A DNA stretch of 56,310 nucleotides. Origin: Octopus bimaculoides (lineage: Eukaryota). Below, piece after piece: positions 22,025-34,340 of this stretch. Both the position numbers and the translations under genes were made by a program. Location of the stretch: NCBI RefSeq assembly GCF_001194135.2, contig NC_068982.1:114776412-114832721 (forward strand), in the 5' to 3' direction. The notes under the pieces were generated by a model, which searched no databases, was not told where the DNA came from, and worked only from the letters and a program-made list of their open reading frames with translations. Numbering within the stretch: position 1 is the first letter of the stretch; each line of letters starts with the position of its first letter.

Positions 22025-23300
22025 CCAGCATGACCGCAGCCACTTGGCTGAAACACATAAATAAATAAATAAANNNNNNNNNNNNNNNNNNNNNNNNNNN
22101 NNNNNNNNNNNNNNNNNNNNNNNNNNNNNNNNNNNNNNNNNNNNNNNNNNNNNNNNNNNNNNNNNNNNNNNNNNNNNNNNNNNNNNNNNNNNNNNNNNNN
22201 NNNNNNNNNNNNNNNNNNNNNNNNNNNNNNNNNNNNNNNNNNNNNNNNNNNNNNNNNNNNNNNNNNNNNNNNNNNNNNNNNNNNNNNNNNNNNNNNNNNN
22301 NNNNNNNNNNNNNNNNNNNNNNNNNNNNNNNNNNNNNNNNNNNNNNNNNNNNNNNNNNNNNNNNNNNNNNNNNNNNNNNNNNNNNNNNNNNNNNNNNNNN
22401 NNNNNNNNNNNNNNNNNNNNNNNNNNNNNNNNNNNNNNNNNNNNNNNNNNNNNNNNNNNNNNNNNNNNNNNNNNNNNNNNNNNNNNNNNNNNNNNNNNNN
22501 NNNNNNNNNNNNNNNNNNNNNNNNNNNNNNNNNNNNNNNNNNNNNNNNNNNNNNNNNNNNNNNNNNNNNNNNNNNNNNNNNNNNNNNNNNNNATATATAT
22601 ATATATATATATATACGGAGCGAAAATCCAGGAGTTGTTACATTTAACTAACCAACCGCCGAACTAGATGATACTTCTTGGTGCTAAAGGATCTACCCTC
22701 TCTATCTAAAGTAAGGACCCAATATTTTAAAACCTTGGGTGATCAAGAACCAACAACTTTTCAATACCTTGCCCCTAAATTCTGTGAATTTTTTTTTATC
22801 TCCAAGTTCACATCGCTATATAAAACACAAATGAGGACCGTGTTGTCAACTGATTTTCACCAGAACAAAAGACACACACACGTATACAGACATACATATC
22901 CGTGTTGCAGTTGGTTTCTGTTCATGTAATTTCAATGACGCTATAATACAACTATTTTAACTCTCAACGGTTCAGTTCACCTATGCATAAATTAGTAACG
23001 TGGAGTTTAAATCCAATAAATAGCAGAAACACTCTGTAGGCAGAGTGCACTGAATTAACTGAATTAAGAAAAGCTACCTCATTAGTTTTGGCAAAAATAA
23101 GTCTACTCGATCAGAGACGACCTGGAGCTAAACAAGTACATTTGAAAACATAATTATTAGTAATGGTATTCGAAGAAGAGTTTGAAGCCTCATTATCATA
23201 TATGTAATTACCAAATAACTGTTGTCGAAAAGCATGCATCTGAAATCGCTCAAAGGGAATCGGCAGATTAACAAAGTATTTGAAAACAAATGGGATCTAT

Positions 23301-23455
23301 TCAAACTGTTTAGTTTTTAAAAAATTAATTAAAAAAACTGTAATTGAGATGGAATAGATCCAACGTGAAAAATTCTACCAATTTCAAAGTTTCAAACTGT
23401 TTAGTTAAAAAAACTTAATTAAAAAGTCTGTGATTGAGATGGAACAGATCCAACA
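23301..23455. repeat. Imperfect tandem duplication, period 91 bp
   Basis: tcaaactgtttagtt...ttaattaaaaa..ctgt.attgagatggaa.agatccaac twice. Confidence 0.8.
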
Positions 23456-24292
23456 ATGTAAACCACCAAATATAAATATGAACAAACCACGAGATATCAA
23501 CGACCACTCTACTTGCTAGAAATAGTAACCAATTTTTTTTTTTCAAATTGTACCCTACTGTCTTATCAGAACGTATTTAATATTATTGTCTAAAAAGTAC
23601 AGTATGAGAGAGAGAGAGAAAGAGAGAGAAGGCGGAATGATCATGACTTAAATGTTTTTAATTCTGGGTGTGTTCGATCAAAGCCTATTTGAAGCTTAAC
23701 AGCTGATTGGTACTCTCCCACACCGACTTTGTTCCTTGAAAACTTCTGAAAAAAGTTTTTTTTTTTTTTAATGAAACTTTGTAGAGATACGTTTTAAAGA
23801 GCGAAGATTACAATTATATTGATAAAATTTAGAAATAAAAATTGGCCACCCCTTGCTCCAATTTTGTTACCGCCATTTTTCAATTTCTCTTTTTCAGATT
23901 TATGTGTTTCAAGCGTCAACATTGCATAATCTATTCTATTTAAAACGTATTTCTGCAAAAGGTTATTTCAAAATATAGAGAGAGATATTTTTTTTGAAAA
24001 TCGAAGTGTAGAGAAAGAATGGAAGAAAGATCCCAGACAGTGTCAAGGATTTTTTTTTTATGTTATCCACATAATCATAATCTACGTTTTCGAGAATATA
24101 TGTGTATATATATATAATTAATCAGTGACAGATAAAACTATTTAATGATTCTATCAAGTGGGTCGCATGTTAACTCCACCTAGGAAAGTATATATATATA
24201 TTGATATATAATTATATAGATACATTTATAGCACAAGGGTATGTTTATACACACCAACATGCTTGAAAAATAGACGCTAAAAGCTCTATAAG

Positions 24293-24433
24293 CCACTTAT
24301 TATTTAACTCCGTTGGCTCAGGTTGAAAGCGGGCTAGTGAATCAATCAGATATCAAAAGAGACGTTCGTTTGATATCTAACTGATTCACTAGCCCGCTTT
24401 CAACCTGAGCCAACGGAGTTAAATAATAAGTGG
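24293..24433. repeat. Near-perfect palindrome: 65-bp arms, 11-nt loop, 2 mismatches, abutting a gap
   Basis: Base-by-base pairing checked; mismatches at 24345/24381 and 24347/24379. Confidence 0.95.
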
Positions 24434-25366
24434 NNNNNNNNNNNNNNNNNNNNNNNNNNNNNNNNNNNNNNNNNNNNNNNNNNNNNNNNNNNNNNNNNNN
24501 NNNNNNNNNNNNNNNNNNNNNNNNNNNNNNNNNNNNNNNNNNNNNNNNNNNNNNNNNNNNNNNNNNNNNNNNNNNNNNNNNNNNNNNNNNNNNNNNNNNN
24601 NNNNNNNNNNNNNNNNNNNNNNNNNNNNNNNNNNNNNNNNNNNNNNNNNNNNNNNNNNNNNNNNNNNNNNNNNNNNNNNNNNNNNNNNNNNNNNNNNNNN
24701 NNNNNNNNNNNNNNNNNNNNNNNNNNNNNNNNNNNNNNNNNNNNNNNNNNNNNNNNNNNNNNNNNNNNNNNNNNNNNNNNNNNNNNNNNNNNNNNNNNNN
24801 NNNNNNNNNNNNNNNNNNNNNNNNNNNNNNNNNNNNNNNNNNNNNNNNNNNNNNNNNNNNNNNNNNNNNNNNNNNNNNNNNNNNNNNNNNNNNNNNNNNN
24901 NNNNNNNNNNNNNNNNNNNNNNNNNNNNNNNNNNNNNNNNNNNNNNNNNNNNNNNNNNNNNNNNNNNNNNNNNNNNNNNNNNNNNNNNNNNNNNNNNNNN
25001 NNNNNNNNNNNNNNNNNNNNNNNNNNNNNNNNNNNNNNNNNNNNNNNNNNNNNNNNNNNNNNNNNNNNNNNNNNNNNNNNNNNNNNNNNNNNNNNNNNNN
25101 NNNNNNNNNNNNNNNNNNNNNNNNNNNNNNNNNNNNNNNNNNNNNNNNNNNNNNNNNNNNNNNNNNNNNNNNNNNNNNNNNNNNNNNNNNNNNNNNNNNN
25201 NNNNNNNNNNNNNNNNNNNNNNNNNNNNNNNNNNNNNNNNNNNNNNNNNNNNNNNNNNNNNNNNNNNNNNNNNNNNNNNNNNNNNNNNNNNNNNNNNNNN
25301 NNNNNNNNNNNNNNNNNNNNNNNNNNNNNNNNNNNNNNNNNNNNNNNNNNNNNNNNNNNNNNNNNN

Positions 25367-25404
<38 letters not shown>

Positions 25405-25474
25405 AAAGATCATTTGTAGAAATATGTAAATCTGGAGGAGAAGCACACTCTAAGATGTAGAGCACTTAATATTA

Positions 25475-25567
25475 TAGTGGGGCAGGCCGGTTTTATGCGG
25501 TTACCCTGGCTAAACCCCTTATGAGCGAGAAACCCAAGGTAAGCCCATAAATCGGCCTACTCCACTA
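25475..25567. mobile_element. ~93-bp hairpin MITE in TA context (Tc1/mariner-like)
   Basis: TIRs tagtggggcaggccggttttatg / cataaatcggcctactccacta. Confidence 0.65.
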
Positions 25568-25572
25568 TTATA

Positions 25573-25959
25573 TATATATAATTGTTAAAGAGGACAACGG
25601 ACATTAAGGCAAGGCAAGCATTTCAAGTCATATACATTATTATTATTGGAGGATTTTAACCTACATGGATCTATGCAGGATTACACCTAAGGACTTATAC
25701 ACTTGATTTCACAACATCGGACTATGAACTTTTATACTTCTTCTTCTTCTTCCTTTACTCCATTCCTCTTGGTCATTTTTTCATTAATATATACCATTCT
25801 CATTTTCCCTATCTTTCCCTGATGACAGAACATTCCATACTCTGGGATATCCCAGAAACAACTGTAAGACTTTGAATTTTTTTCCAATAATAATAATGTA
25901 CATGACTTGAGATGTTTACCTTGCCTTAACGTTTGTTGTCCTCTTTAACAATTATATAT
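25573..25959 (+). mobile_element. Small element with ~78-bp inverted ends and an internal degenerate hammerhead motif (Penelope pLTR-like)
   Basis: Arms 25573-25650 and 25883-25959; ctgatga at 25819, then cccagaaacaactgtaagac (25851-25870), shared with the 20846 motif. Confidence 0.65.
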
Positions 25960-26182
25960 CCGCTACATCGGAAATCTGCAATGGCTCTATGACTACTGTC
26001 TCGGCTATAACCTTGGAGCCCTAGTAATCCGTTACAGCACTTGCCTAGCGTACCTAATCGTTTAGATCACCTGTGAACTAAATCCCCATACTTTGTGTGT
26101 GTATATATCTGTGCGTTTGTGTGTGTGTGACACTAGTTTTGCTAAAGGGACAATTTAGCCAGTAGATTTCAACTGTTTAGAG

Positions 26183-26416
26183 CAATGGTTCTCAACCGGG
26201 GTCCATATAAGATTTTGTTGTTAAAATTTATCTGCAATATATTGGTTATACTTCTACAATGCACAAAATATTTTTAAAATTATTTTATTCAATTGCTAAT
26301 AATATTTAATTATGAAAATATAAGATTTATTTTTAAACATCGAATTGCTAGGAGGGTTCATCCGTGTCAAATATGAATCAAAGGGGTCATAGGTAAATGA
26401 TGGGTGTCAAACACTG
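26183..26416. mobile_element. hAT (Charlie-like) MITE
   Basis: caatggttctcaacc...gtgtcaaacactg termini; 8-bp TSD gtttagag/gtttacag (7/8). Confidence 0.8.
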
Positions 26417-28029
26417 GTTTACAGTCTAAACGAAACAGCGTTTAGTACTTTTAAAAAAACTGCTTAACAATTAACATGGGTGATTTAAAACTGAGGGAAA
26501 ATATATCACACAAAAGGTTTCAATGATTAATAAATGGCCGTATCTGCTGTTTCAGTAGAGTAGCAAGCCTTGATATTCTAAACAAATAGCGTAATTAATT
26601 AATTAATTTGTCAAATTTATTTACAGCTAAAAAATTGTAGTAAGGAAGAGGAAATGGTAGCTTGTTGACGGCAGTTATTAATTGTAAATAAGAGTGCGAC
26701 TTTAATATTCAAGGGTAGTAACTCTGTTGATATCATATTAATTTTACGTGTCCCATCCTATGTTGTTGACTGGGTTCGATCCAGAAATAATTTTTCCTGA
26801 GCCGATCGTATATACAATCGAAATATTAGAAACATAGCAACAAATATAGGAAAAAAAAAAAGCTGCTAGTTGCTAACCTTTTAATTATATCTATAAATAC
26901 ATATTTACTTTCCGTCGGAATTTATTTTTTATAAACATCTTCATAATTTTTTTACTTTACTACATATGAACGTTCTTTCATATTCTAACTAATTAGTATA
27001 ATATTTAGAAGTAACTAGAAAGATATGTAGCGGGTAAAGGGAACCACCAAGACTATAACTGGTCGGGAAGAGATCGATCAAATCGGTTACGAAAAGTGCA
27101 CGTAATGATTATAATCACTTGCCAGTACACCAAATATTCATTTTACTGCAGTTTGCGAGATGTTACAGGTGCAATCAAGAAAATACGGCGTAATTCAAGA
27201 TTAGATTTTTCTTCCATGGTAGTTACTTATAACTTTCAATATAAACCGCTTCGATGATGAATATAATGATGTGTGTGCGCATAAATACACCCGGTTTTGT
27301 CTCCGTACGTACATACATACATGCACACATATTGTGTGTGTGTGAATGTTTCAATAATACTTTCATATTAGTTAATATGATTACTTTATAACTGTAATTA
27401 TTTCCTATCTATTTATTATCGTTGCCACCCATCTTTCTGTTACAAAAGCAATCAAATTTTCGCTCATTGTATATAATGACAAATTACATTGAATTTTCTT
27501 TTTCTAATAAAGTGAAATCAGTCAATACTCTTCCAACTAAAAGAGTATTTATTTGAAATATTGAAAACTTAGGAAAATTTTCTAGTTAAAAGCATCAGCA
27601 CATCAAGAATTTCTTGACTATAAGTTTATCATATGAAGTGTTAAAAAGTTACAAATGTGTGAAAGTATTTCTGTTTTAGAAAGATATCTCTCTTTTTAAA
27701 GTGGCTAATGTTCAGGACACCCCCCACCACCTCCAATAAAATAGAAAAACACCCTAAAGTTTAAGGATACTAGTGATTGTCAGAATTGGCACAAATTCAC
27801 GCATAAGCTTCTCAAACTGGAATAATATACTATAAGAATTGGATGAACACGCGCCACTGCAATACCAAGATAAGAGGGGAATTCTAATGTGTTAGGCTGG
27901 AGCCCACATCAAAGAGAAAAGACTCTACCAAACACAGAATTCAGCACTTCATGCAACACATAAACTTATTCTATTTTGCAAATTTTATGGAACACTTTTT
28001 TTTTACTGGTCTTGTGGAAGAGACTATAC

Positions 28030-28161
28030 CTAGAGCTTTTGTAGACCCTAAATGAGACCAGCATGGTTGAATTTTCTCTTGAACAGTTGCAAGAAATGTA
28101 CAGTGAAGTCATTTTAGAGGACCAACTTTTAGGGGTGAAAGGAGTAGGCTTAGTGTCCACT
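28030..28161 (-). other. Candidate exon (132 nt if spliced at AG|gtatag, or a terminal exon running to AATAAA at 27548-27553)
   Basis: Strong acceptor tctgtttactccctctctccag; one open frame (VDTKPTPFTPKSWSSKMTSL...); no homology recognised. Confidence 0.3.
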
Positions 28162-28374
28162 CTGGAGAGAGGGAGTAAACAGAATATAGATGATGAGAGG
28201 AGGAGATAGTCATATTATAACAGCATACATTCTTATAAGGTACATAGATAGTAAAATTGAATTCATGTGGTTTTGTGATTTGAGTGTCACAATATTATAA
28301 GATCCATTATAATAAGGGGCATTATAATAAGTTACATTCTTATAAGGTGGATGTTAAACAATGATGATGATGAT

Positions 28375-28570
28375 ACAAAGCCTGAAATTTAGTTGGGAGG
28401 GATTAGTTGATTAAATTAACCTGAGTATCTACCTGGTATTTTATAGTATTGACTCCCAGCAGATGAAAGGCAAATTTGACCTCAGTTACATTTGAACACT
28501 GAACATAAAGAGCCAGAAGAAATACCTCAGGGAATTTTGTTTAGTATGCTAATGATTCTTCTAATCTACT
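28375..28570 (-). mobile_element. tRNA-derived SINE, family B (...gactttgcctttcatcc...gataaa..aagtacc...)
   Basis: Diverged reverse copy of 46425-46630. Further copies at 29170-29375 (+), 32930-33100 (+), 39340-39540 (-), 39825-40030 (-), 54870-55050 (+). Confidence 0.7.
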
Positions 28571-29453
28571 GCATAAGGTTCATCATAGAAACAAAAGGAG
28601 TTGAGACAAAATATTTAAAGGGGCCAGTAGCGTGGATTTGGATTACAAAATCTGCCAAAGCAGGAAAGTTGGATGTATTGAATGCCATTCACGATAAATC
28701 TTTTAACTTATTATAATTTCACTCAGATATAAAAGGAAAAATTAAACTTTAGCAATGATTGTTAGGAACACTAAATGAGGAAGGGAGATAATTTCAAAAA
28801 ATTAAAAATAATTTCACAGTTGAATTGATATGCTCATGGAGAAAAAAACAAGTTTTCCCTCTTTTGCCTTTGAAACAAAAAAACAATTTTTGTTTTGTTT
28901 CTCCTAAGCATGTTAAACCTTTTGGTATCATATTTCTCTTGAAATACACTGTCATTATTTAAATTAAATTTTAAAATTAATAAGAAATTAATAAAAATAA
29001 CTTTGTTATTATTAAACTGATATTTGGGACATAACATGAAATTATTGTGGAAAGTACAAATATAGATTACATTAAAACATGAAGTTTGTATCATAGAACT
29101 ATGCCTCGGGCATGTTGGTATCAAAAGGGTTAATTCAACCATAAAATTATTCTTAATGTTCTGAAATTTTAAGTGCAGTTAGTCAGCACTGGGAAAAATG
29201 CTTAATGGCATTTTGTTCATATTTACGTTCTGAGATCAAATACTGCCATGGTCGACTTTGCCATTCATCCTTTCAGATTCAATAAAATGGGTACCAGTTG
29301 AGCGCTGGGTCGATGTAATCAACATACTCCCTCCCCCGAAATTGCTGGCCTTGTGCCAAAATTTTAAACCAATGTTCTGAAATTATCTCCCTTTCTTTGT
29401 TTAGAGTTGCTAAGAATTATTACTAAGTTTTTATTTATCTTCTCTCTCTGCAG

Positions 29454-29553
29454 GGTCATCTCCCTGAAGGGATTAGTGATTTGTCTGTTTTCCTACATAC
29501 TAGGACTTTAGTCTTTGTTACATTAACTCTCAGGCCCTTTGATTCCAAACCTC
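29454..29553 (-). mobile_element. Short RTE RT fragment
   Basis: GLESKGLRVNVTKTKVLVCRKTDKSLIPSGR. Confidence 0.85.
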
Positions 29554-29559
29554 AGACTT

Positions 29560-31200
29560 ATAAAGGTAATCTAATAATTGATTTTATATATAACAAGTTA
29601 AGCCATAAATATTTTATAATGTTTATTGTCAAGATAGATTAAACAGTTATACATGTAGTGATATGAAACACCATTCTAAACATTTCTCCACTTTGAATCA
29701 CAATTGTATTATGGTAATATAGATTTGTACAGTAAAACAGAGAATTTATGTTATTATTGTATGTAAGATATCCTTATTATACTTATTTGTCTTATGGGTA
29801 TTAGAGAATTCTATAATATCTATTAGATTAGGTGTTGTAGAGTAAGAGAGTTTCACAGTATATTTATTTAAAATGCAGTGATATTTGTGATTTGGGGGAA
29901 GTTTCTATTTAATATAATAAAAAAATTTTGGCTATTTTGTTTTAACATTATTTGTGTAAGGCATGTTACACCACTTTACATGAGTTTTTCTTGTTTTAAT
30001 ATTTTTAATTTTTTCATGAGTAGTTACAGTCTTTCGGTGAAGTACCTCAACACTACCCATATTGGCTTTTCCTGAAGATGCAAAGCTGGAGAATTTAGTT
30101 TTAAAAATATTAGAATGGTTTGTTAATTCATATCTTACCTTGTAGGTTATATTTAAAATTTGTATTAGGTGTGCAGCAGCTCATTTCATCTTTATTTCTA
30201 GATTTGACTATATGTTTGCTTTTATTATAGTTTTTCCTCTGTGTTTGGCTAGGTACTCACACTCAAGATTTATAGATTGGCCATTTTCGTTTTTATTAGT
30301 TTAGTTAAATTATTCAGAATATTCATAGATTTATCAGTTTTGTCTCTAAGCATATCACTCATTTTATTATTTTTATTCTCAGAGCCACCACTTTTTATAT
30401 TGTTACTATGGTTGTTAGTTTTATCTATGATTAAATTACCATTAGCTATTACACTTATTTACTATGTTTAGACATTTTAGTAAAAGGATTTTATGGCTTA
30501 AAATTAGAGTTGTTTGTATTACAGGAAGAGATAAATTAAGTCTTACCCATAAAGCTAACTTTCAATAGAGCACCTTTATAATATTCCTATATACTTCTAT
30601 GTTAGAAGAAAGTTTAGATGTTCTAAGGAAAATGTTCTTTGTAATATTATATATTGATTTGGGATAATTAGAATTTTTGTTTATGTAGTTAAGATTTTTG
30701 CTGGGTTTGTGGAATGGAAAGTATAAGCCACTGTACAAATTAAAGTCTGAAAATTTACCTTTTTGTAGTCTGAGCTGAACCAGATCGACAGATTATAGTC
30801 TATGCTGCAACAGTTAATATTTTTAACTATTAATAGTGTGTCAACTCAGTTTAAAAATTTGCTGAGTTCTGAGAAATAGGATCTCCTCTTATTCAATAAA
30901 AGGAGTGTGACCAGATCCAGATCAATAACCTGTGCAGTGTCAGAAGAGCCCATCAAAATACCAAATCATCCTTAGTGTCGCAGGCTTGTATGTCTCTGTT
31001 TAAATTGATTAAACCTTTTCTCACTGAAATTGTAATATTAATTTCCTCTATTAATCTATCTATGCAAATATATACTATTTAGGAAGAATATGTGATATCC
31101 AAGCAAAAAACTGTTGATATTAAATTGTATGAAGGATGTACATTTTTTGTTTCCTAGTGTACTTAACCAATTGAAGAGGATGAATGGCTTTGTACTGAAG
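29560..31200 (-). mobile_element. Decayed Penelope-like element (RT through start of the GIY-YIG linker)
   Basis: Across frameshifts: NWLSTLGNKKCTSFIQFNI, MGSSDTAQVIDL..TLLLLNK, FHKPSKNLNYINKNSNYPKSI, WCNMPYTNNVKT, KYTVKLSYSTTPNL. These match typical PLE motifs in the expected order. Confidence 0.8.
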
Positions 31201-31244
31201 TATGAAAGTGTATATACACATATATATAAAGCACTGTTCAAATG

Positions 31245-31420
31245 TTGGGCTTCATGGAGGCAGTGACAAGTAATTAACACCATTGGTGACATACTGTGCT
31301 TGAGAAGACCTGTCAAGCCAAGTGAGATCATAGTTGTGGCTGTTGCTAGTGTTTTGTAACTGGCTCCCATGACAGTGGCATGTAAAAAGCCCCCACCACA
31401 ACAATACAAGAGACAAAAGG
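31245..31420 (+). mobile_element. RTE ORF end and 3'UTR fragment
   Basis: gtgcttgagaagacc..tcaagccaagtgagatc...gtggcatgtaaaaagc. Confidence 0.65.
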
Positions 31421-31789
31421 TTCACTGTCAGGAAGCACATCAACTGTATATATACATCATCAGTTACCTAACAGATATCATCATGGTTTCAACACCTAGG
31501 CTATGCTATTCAATCTGACAGAGTCAATGGCATTAATGTGCAAACACTTACTATTTATTCTTTAGTGAGTTACTGACCAAATCACCATAATGGATTCCTG
31601 CCTCCCAGAGGTGAAGAGTTACATTTGTCTTCGGCTTTAGAGTCTGAGAAGACATTCATGGGGTTAAGCCCTCTGTAGATGTGTAACCATTGGTCACTCT
31701 ACTACTTATAAATACACACACATGCACACAAAAATATATATATATACATACATATATCTTTAGAGCTAGTAGATAGTTTCTGTTACTTA

Positions 31790-32585
31790 GACGACTTAAT
31801 TAGTTGAGGAGGAAGAGAATGCTCTGAAAACATAACTACTAGAATAAGAACTGGATGAAAAAAGTTCTTAGAGCTATTACCTTTGTAGGCAACAAAAGGT
31901 TTCTCTCTATACATGAAAGGCAGACTGCATGATATTTGTGGAACAGCTATGTTACATTGCAATGAAACATGGGCAGTCACTGCAGGGGACTTGCAAAAGT
32001 TTGGAAGAAATGAAGCCAACATGCTTTCCTGAATGTGCAATGTCAGTGTGAAAGTACAACAAAGTGTAAATATGATGAGAGAAAAAATGTGTATAAGAGG
32101 CATCAGATATAGTGTGCAAGGAGAAGACTGCACTGATATGGTTGTGTGGTGTATATGGATAAATTGTCATTGCTAGTGCCGCTGGACTGGCTCCTGTGCG
32201 GGTGGCACATAAAATACACCATTTTGAGCGTGGCCGTTGCCAGTACCGCCTGACTGGCCTTCATACCAGTGGCATGTAAAAGTACCCACTACACTCTCGA
32301 AGTGGTTGGTGTTAGAAACTCTGCCAAATCAGATTGGAGCCTGGTGTAGCCATCTGGTTCGCCAGTCCTCAGTCAAATCATCCAACCCATGCTAGCATGG
32401 AAGGCAGACGTTAAACGATGAATGTTGATTGCTAAATATGGATGAAATCTGTGGAAGAGGAAACCCCAGGAGAACATGTGATGAAATGGTGAAAAATGAC
32501 TTCTAAATGTTAAACTTCACAAAGGAGATGACAAAGGACTGAGATGACTTGCGATTTACTGTTCTTGAGAAGACCCATCCATCTA
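31790..32585 (+). mobile_element. Old RTE C-terminal fragment interrupted by a younger RTE tail (32172-32420)
   Basis: AMLHCNETWAVTAGDLQKFGRNEANML; the ORF resumes after the insertion with CGRGNP. Confidence 0.8.
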
Positions 32586-32650
32586 AGTAAAAATTGATGC
32601 CCTAAATGGGTGTTGGTTAACCACTGCTCCTGTACACAATCTATCACTGA

Positions 32651-32802
32651 CAAATCTCTCCTCCATAACTCATCTTCCTAACACCTCGTTCATACACATT
32701 AGGAAGAGCATCTAGCTGTAGAAACTTCAAATCTCTCCTCCATAATTCATCTTCCTAACACTTCCTTCATACACATTAGGAAGGGCATCTAGCCATAGAA
32801 AC
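32651..32802. repeat. 77-bp tandem duplication containing the aggaagggcatc motif
   Basis: caaatctctcctccataa.tcatcttcctaacac...cattaggaag.gcatctagc twice. Confidence 0.85.
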
Positions 32803-33191
32803 TATTTAAAAGCAGACAGCAAGGTTTGTCACAGTACTCTGGCTTGTCAGCTCTTGTCAAAGTGTACAACCCATGCCAGCATGGAAAATGGATGTTAAAT
32901 TACACACACGCGCACACACACACACACACATGTTCATATGTAAGTGCTGAATGGGCTGAGTTGCTTAAGTGCTAGATTGAGTTGCTGTTTTCTGGTTCTT
33001 TGCACTCTGGATTGAAGCCCCAGTGAGGTCAACTTTCTCTTCATCCCTTTGAGTTAGTAAATAAAGTACCATTCCATTACTGGAGCTGATTCTCTCTCCT
33101 TTCTCCTTCTCACTGAAAGAAATAAAGTATGGACAATCCTGGAGAGGGATGAGCTTTGCTTGGTTTTAAATGTCAAACATACAGATTTCGT

Positions 33192-33520
33192 TCAGCTACA
33201 AGTGGTACATTTACAAAACCCATCCTCAACAGTAGAAGTGTTATGACCACATCCCCTGGTGAAGAGGATTGGCTTGCAAGAGTCCTGTGCCAGTGCCACA
33301 TGAAAAACACTTGTGTCAGTGCCATGTAAGAGTACTTGTGCTGGTGCTATGTTAAAAGGATGCAGCACACACTGTAAAGTGGTTGGCGTTAGGAAGGGCA
33401 TCCAGCTGTAGGAGCCAAACCAAATCAGACTGGAACCTAATGCATCTCTCCCACTTGCAAACTCTCCTGCTTGCCAACTGTCCCATTTGCCATCTCTCCA
33501 GATGTTAAAATGATGATGAT
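33192..33520 (+). mobile_element. Old RTE 3'UTR/tail element
   Basis: gtggttggcgttaggaagggcatccagctgtag...gatgttaaaatgatgatgat. Confidence 0.7.
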
Positions 33521-33524
33521 ATGT

Positions 33525-33582
<58 letters not shown>

Positions 33583-33584
33583 GT

Positions 33585-34340
33585 ATAAATTTATAATCAA
33601 AGATACAAGAGAGTACCAGTGTTGCTAGAAATAAGAGTTGAAACATTCTCAAATAAGCCACAGTATCACTGAAAAGTTAACAAGCTGACAAAATCAAGGA
33701 GCGAGTAAAAAGCCAACCTTCAATTGTGGGGAAAATATGCAAATGAATTTGCAGATATACTCATATCACGTGATTTTGAACTCTGAGATATTACTCTTAG
33801 TTCACGTCAGTGGGTCTCGCTACCTGGGGTTAAACTAATACTTGTTTCATCATGTGAATGAAAAAAACCCTTGTACTATCTTGTACCCTTGATTATATAT
33901 TTATAAATTTTACCTTTTTGGTTTTTATGCTTGCTAGCCACTTATACTATTATTATTTGTATAATTATACACTCCTATCATTTGAATTTGGTGCTAGTCT
34001 TTCAACGATTTTAACAAGCACGACGAAGTTGGTGCTAATTTAACCTCAGACAGTGAGACCCACAAAAAGAGAATTAAGAGTAATATCTCAGGGTTCAAAA
34101 TCATGTGATATGGGTATATCTGAAAATTCATTTGCATATTTCCCCCACAATGGTAGGTTGGCTTTTTACTTGCTCCTTGATTTTGTCAGCTTGTTAAATT
34201 TTCAGTGATATTGTGACTTATTTGAGTAGTTTTCAACTCTATATCTAGCAACGCTGGTACTATCTTGTACCCTTGATTATAAATTTATAAATTTATCATT
34301 TTGGATTTTATGGTTGCTAGCCACTTATATTATTATTATT
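33585..34340. repeat. ~250-bp inverted repeat (33585-33834 / 34039-34287) plus an ~84-bp direct repeat (33873-33955 / 34257-34340)
   Basis: Manual alignment; arms roughly 85-90% identical. Confidence 0.92.

Noticed and set aside
10230-25465. Long ORFs in the track that run through N blocks (e.g. 10230-10856, 14396-14929, 24400-25446; also 53955-54473)
   Set aside because: They are open only because N codons are not stops.
29430-29553. Strong plus-strand acceptor tttatcttctctctctgcag
   Set aside because: The downstream sequence is an antisense RTE fragment and no donor or coding signal supports a host exon.
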